From a virus, in IMG/VR virus record IMGVR_UViG_3300009388_000001, positions 1 through 64,000 of that record: a DNA stretch of 64,000 nucleotides. One strand, written 5' to 3'. The position numbers and the translations under genes are program-made. The notes below the pieces were generated by a model. The model had not been told where the DNA came from. It did not search any database and saw only the letters and a program-made list of their open reading frames with translations. Below are positions 61,451 to 64,000 of this stretch, in pieces. The number at the start of each line of letters is the position of its first letter. Position 1 is the first letter of the stretch.

Positions 61451-61474
61451 CTTGACATTTTGCCAATTGTCAAG
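61451..61474 (+). promoter_or_regulatory. inverted repeat CTTGACA(N10)TGTCAAG upstream of terS (possible late promoter/operator)
   Basis: Each arm contains a TTGACA hexamer. No convincing -10 element was found. Confidence 0.25.
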
Positions 61475-61519
61475 CATTTTCTAAACAACAATAACAACAA
61501 CAATAACGGAGATTAAAAA

Positions 61520-62482
61520 ATGAATGAAATTACCGAAAACACAAAATCTCTAAAAATTGATCAGATCGACTGGCAGCGGCGCGAGAAGTTGGCTTTATCC
61601 AGGCTAACCGATAAGCAGAAATTATTCTGTGAGGAATATGTCCGGTCTTTCGATAAGATCAAGGCTATGAAAGCGGGCGGTTATGCCTTGCCTAAGCATA
61701 CAACCGGCGGAGCGCAACGGAAATTAATCGAACAGAATTTTGAGAAGATTATGTCGAGTGAAGCCGTACAGGAATACATTCTGCTGTTAAAACAGGATGT
61801 GGCTTCGCGGCTCGGTGTTTCCGTCGATGATATAATCGATGAATATAAATTAATGGCTTTCGCGAACATAGAAGATTATGTCGAGTGGGATAAAAACGGT
61901 TTTACTAAATTTAAAGATTCAAAGAAACTCACCAGGGCGCAAAAAGCCGGAATTCTTGAGATTACCGAAACGACCACGGTAAAGGGTACTACAATTAAGA
62001 TAAAACTGCATCCCAAGCAGCCGGCGCTGGACCGCCTGTTTGAAATCCTGAAAGAGCTTGAAGAATTTGAATCAAGTCATAAGGGTCAGGCCAATATTTC
62101 ACAGACACAAATTAATGTCATGTTGGGAGATCCACTGATGCGCAGGGCTATTGAGCTTATTGCCACAAAGATGTTTCCCGAACAGATCAAATTAGTCGGA
62201 GTGGATAAAAACCAGATTGAATTCAACAAGCATCTCGACAAGATTATGCATAAATTGGAGGCTACCAGTGGAAGAAAAGGCACGCGAAGCTTTGGAGAGG
62301 CGCAACTCCCGGCGCCGGAAAGCACAGGAGGAAAAGAAAAAGACGGAGGAAATCCTGCAGAAGTCATCAACAACATCGGAGGAAAAAAAGAAGTGTCTCA
62401 AGACGAAAGCTGCGGGGCTGCCGCCGCCGATACTGAACCCGCAGATCGATACGATTTCAATGGGATACGACCGGTTTCTTAG
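61520..62482 (+). CDS. terS: terminase small subunit
   Basis: N-terminal LSRLTDKQKLFCEEYVRSFDKIKAMKAGGY is typical of Terminase_2-type small subunits. It lies directly upstream of terL and overlaps it. Confidence 0.7.
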   Translation: MNEITENTKSLKIDQIDWQRREKLALSRLTDKQKLFCEEYVRSFDKIKAMKAGGYALPKHTTGGAQRKLIEQNFEKIMSSEAVQEYILLLKQDVASRLGVSVDDIIDEYKLMAFANIEDYVEWDKNGFTKFKDSKKLTRAQKAGILEITETTTVKGTTIKIKLHPKQPALDRLFEILKELEEFESSHKGQANISQTQINVMLGDPLMRRAIELIATKMFPEQIKLVGVDKNQIEFNKHLDKIMHKLEATSGRKGTRSFGEAQLPAPESTGGKEKDGGNPAEVINNIGGKKEVSQDESCGAAAADTEPADRYDFNGIRPVS

Positions 62483-64000
62483 CCAACTGCCCTCTGATAC
62501 ATGGAAATATCTGCCTCATACCTTTGCTGCAAAAATGAGTGAAGGTAAATGGATTGCTTTTAATTATCTGGTAATACTCAGCCATATAATCGCCTCGGTT
62601 ATTGTGCGCGGGGGAGGGCGCATTCTTGTTTCTATCCCGCCGCGGCACGGTAAAAGCTGGTTTATATCGCAGTGGATCCCCGTGTGGTTTTTATCAATGT
62701 GGCCAGGATTGAAAGTAATTCTGACAACTTACGAAGCGAACTTCGCGGCAACATGGGGAAGGCGCGTCCGGAATATTATCAAAGAATCGGGGCATGAGGT
62801 AAAACTGCAGCTATCCGACGATTCCACAGCTTCGAATAACTGGGAATTGACGACCGGCGGCGGCATGATTACCGCTGGCGTCGGAGGACCGATAACAGGG
62901 AAGGGCGGTCATTTGCTGCTTTGCGATGATCCGCATAAAAACTGGCAGGAAGCGCAATCGGATACTATCAGGGAGTCAATTAAGGACTGGTATGATTCCA
63001 CTTTCTACACACGTGCCGAACCTGGCGCGACGATAGTTATATTGCACTGTATGACTGGCGACACTCCGGTATTAATGGCGGATGGCACAGAAAAAAACCT
63101 AAAAGATATCAGGGTTGGAGATTTGGTAGCGACATATAAAAAAGGTCGTCTCGGAATATCAAAAGTTGAAAATTGGATAAATAATGGTCTTAGTAAAGTC
63201 TTAACAATTAAGACGACTTCTGGTATTGTTGTTAAAGCAAACGAGAGACACCCATTTCTTGTCAATAAAGAAGGAGTTATAAAATGGAAACGAGTGAAAG
63301 ACTTACGCCCGGGCCACGAAATTTACCGGGTCAATGGGGAAAATGGAAAGGTAAGACATGCAAGTCAGAAGGATGTGATAAACCGGCGTTTTGCCGAGGA
63401 TACTGCAATCACCACTATAATGCAAAACGATGGGCTGATGGAATCCGTCCGCCATCTTGCAATACGATGTCGAGATTTATTGGTAAACTTAAATATCGCT
63501 ATGGCATCTCATTGGAACAATATAATCAAATGTATAAAGCGCAAAATGGATGCTGCCCTATCTGTGGTCGACATGCAAGTCAGGCGAATAACCCATCCAG
63601 TTGGCGCGAAGTCTTGTGCGTCGATCACTGCCACGATACGGGAAAAGTACGAGGCTTGCTCTGCAACGACTGCAACCTGCTCCTTAAACGATACGCAACA
63701 ACAAATATCTTCGAAAAAGCGATTAATTACATCAGACTTCATTCTGGAAAAAATTGAATCAATTACCTATTCGGGAATTGAGGATGTGTTTGATGTCCAA
63801 ATTGCGGAAACCGAAAATTTTATTGCTAATGGTTTGGTGAGTCATAATACCCGCTGGCACGAAGACGACCTGATCGGGTATTTGATGCGTGAGAAAATAG
63901 AGGATGGGTATTTTCATATCAGGATGCCGGCGATTGCCGAAGATGATGACGATATTCTCGGCCGTAAACCCGGCGAGGCGCTTTGTCCGGAGCGTTATGA
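62460..64000 (+). CDS. terL: terminase large subunit, 5' part, interrupted by an intein (runs off the window)
   Basis: I checked the frame codon by codon and it is open from the ATG at 62460 to nt 64000. Walker A VSIPPRHGKSW, Walker B HLLLCDDPH, and the motif IVILH|intein|TRWHEDDLIGY. It is absent from the ORF track because it has no stop in the window. Confidence 0.8.
   Translation, partial: MGYDRFLSQLPSDTWKYLPHTFAAKMSEGKWIAFNYLVILSHIIASVIVRGGGRILVSIPPRHGKSWFISQWIPVWFLSMWPGLKVILTTYEANFAATWGRRVRNIIKESGHEVKLQLSDDSTASNNWELTTGGGMITAGVGGPITGKGGHLLLCDDPHKNWQEAQSDTIRESIKDWYDSTFYTRAEPGATIVILHCMTGDTPVLMADGTEKNLKDIRVGDLVATYKKGRLGISKVENWINNGLSKVLTIKTTSGIVVKANERHPFLVNKEGVIKWKRVKDLRPGHEIYRVNGENGKVRHASQKDVINRRFAEDTAITTIMQNDGLMESVRHLAIRCRDLLVNLNIAMASHWNNIIKCIKRKMDAALSVVDMQVRRITHPVGAKSCASITATIREKYEACSATTATCSLNDTQQQISSKKRLITSDFILEKIESITYSGIEDVFDVQIAETENFIANGLVSHNTRWHEDDLIGYLMREKIEDGYFHIRMPAIAEDDDDILGRKPGEALCPERY
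63048..63848 (+). mobile_element. intein (Hint domain) inserted in terL
   Basis: It begins CMTGDTPVLMADG, has a block-B-like KANERHPFLV, and ends NFIANGLVSHN followed by +1 Thr. It is 801 nt (267 codons) in the terL frame. Confidence 0.75.
63284..63757 (+). CDS. endonuclease VII / HNH-type homing endonuclease, nested in the intein in a different reading frame
   Basis: AAGGAG lies 8 nt upstream of the ATG at 63284. Motifs: Zn finger CKSEGCDKPAFCRGYCNHHY, then CCPICGR...LCVDHCHDTGKVRGLLCNDCN. The ORF start 63284 falls at codon position 3 of the terL frame, which begins at 62460. Confidence 0.75.
   Translation: METSERLTPGPRNLPGQWGKWKGKTCKSEGCDKPAFCRGYCNHHYNAKRWADGIRPPSCNTMSRFIGKLKYRYGISLEQYNQMYKAQNGCCPICGRHASQANNPSSWREVLCVDHCHDTGKVRGLLCNDCNLLLKRYATTNIFEKAINYIRLHSGKN

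Noticed and set aside
1-64000. CRISPR arrays, integrases/transposases, rRNA genes.
   Set aside because: No regularly spaced direct repeats with unique spacers were seen. No recombinase-like or rRNA-like sequence was recognised by eye. The absence of recombinases should still be confirmed with HMM searches.

Overview
The window is about 64 kb of a tailed, siphovirus-like phage with a lambda-type tail module and plasmid-like maintenance genes. All functional calls come from motif recognition by eye; no database search was run.

Layout:
- 1-14053 (+): late structural and lysis genes. These are the capsid C-terminus, connectors, tail tube, G/GT chaperones with a -1 frameshift site, tape measure, gpM/L/K-like proteins, an I-J fusion fibre protein, and a GH108-type endolysin.
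- 14307-23712 (+): a 12-gene sugar-activation, glycosyltransferase, methyltransferase and acetyltransferase island with its own promoter-like region.
- 23788-59259 (-): about 70 co-directional early, replication and accessory genes.
  - Replication and nucleotide metabolism: VRR-NUC nuclease, SF1 helicase, primase-polymerase, SNF2 helicase, SSB and ThyX.
  - Regulation and plasmid-type maintenance: XRE regulators, a RepA-like initiator flanked by six iterons, ParA with a small RHH-like partner, and a ParB-domain protein.
  - Other: N6A DNA methyltransferase, GHKL ATPase, a GNAT toxin-like pair, and many small ORFs.
- 59285-61500: about 2.2 kb without credible genes. It holds long perfect hairpins, a GC-rich hairpin-dense island and an AT-rich repeat element.
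- 61520-64000 (+): terS and the 5' part of terL.

The capsid gene at the start and terL at the end suggest that portal and protease lie just outside the window. No integrase, transposase or CRISPR array was recognised.

Most interesting observations:
1. terL carries an intein whose reading frame stays open while an endonuclease VII-type homing endonuclease, with its own SD and ATG, is encoded out of frame inside it.
2. Poly-Thr tails on two tail proteins, together with the glycosylation island (one enzyme has polypeptide-GalNAc-transferase-like DxH and GGGE motifs), suggest virion O-glycosylation.
3. A roughly 0.75 kb GC-rich non-coding island may be a large structured RNA.
4. A 119-nt tRNA-like gene has canonical acceptor, D and T arms but a 45-nt insertion.
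5. An AT-rich structured element of about 330 bp is present twice, about 34 kb apart.
6. Iterons, RepA and Par genes imply a phage-plasmid lifestyle.
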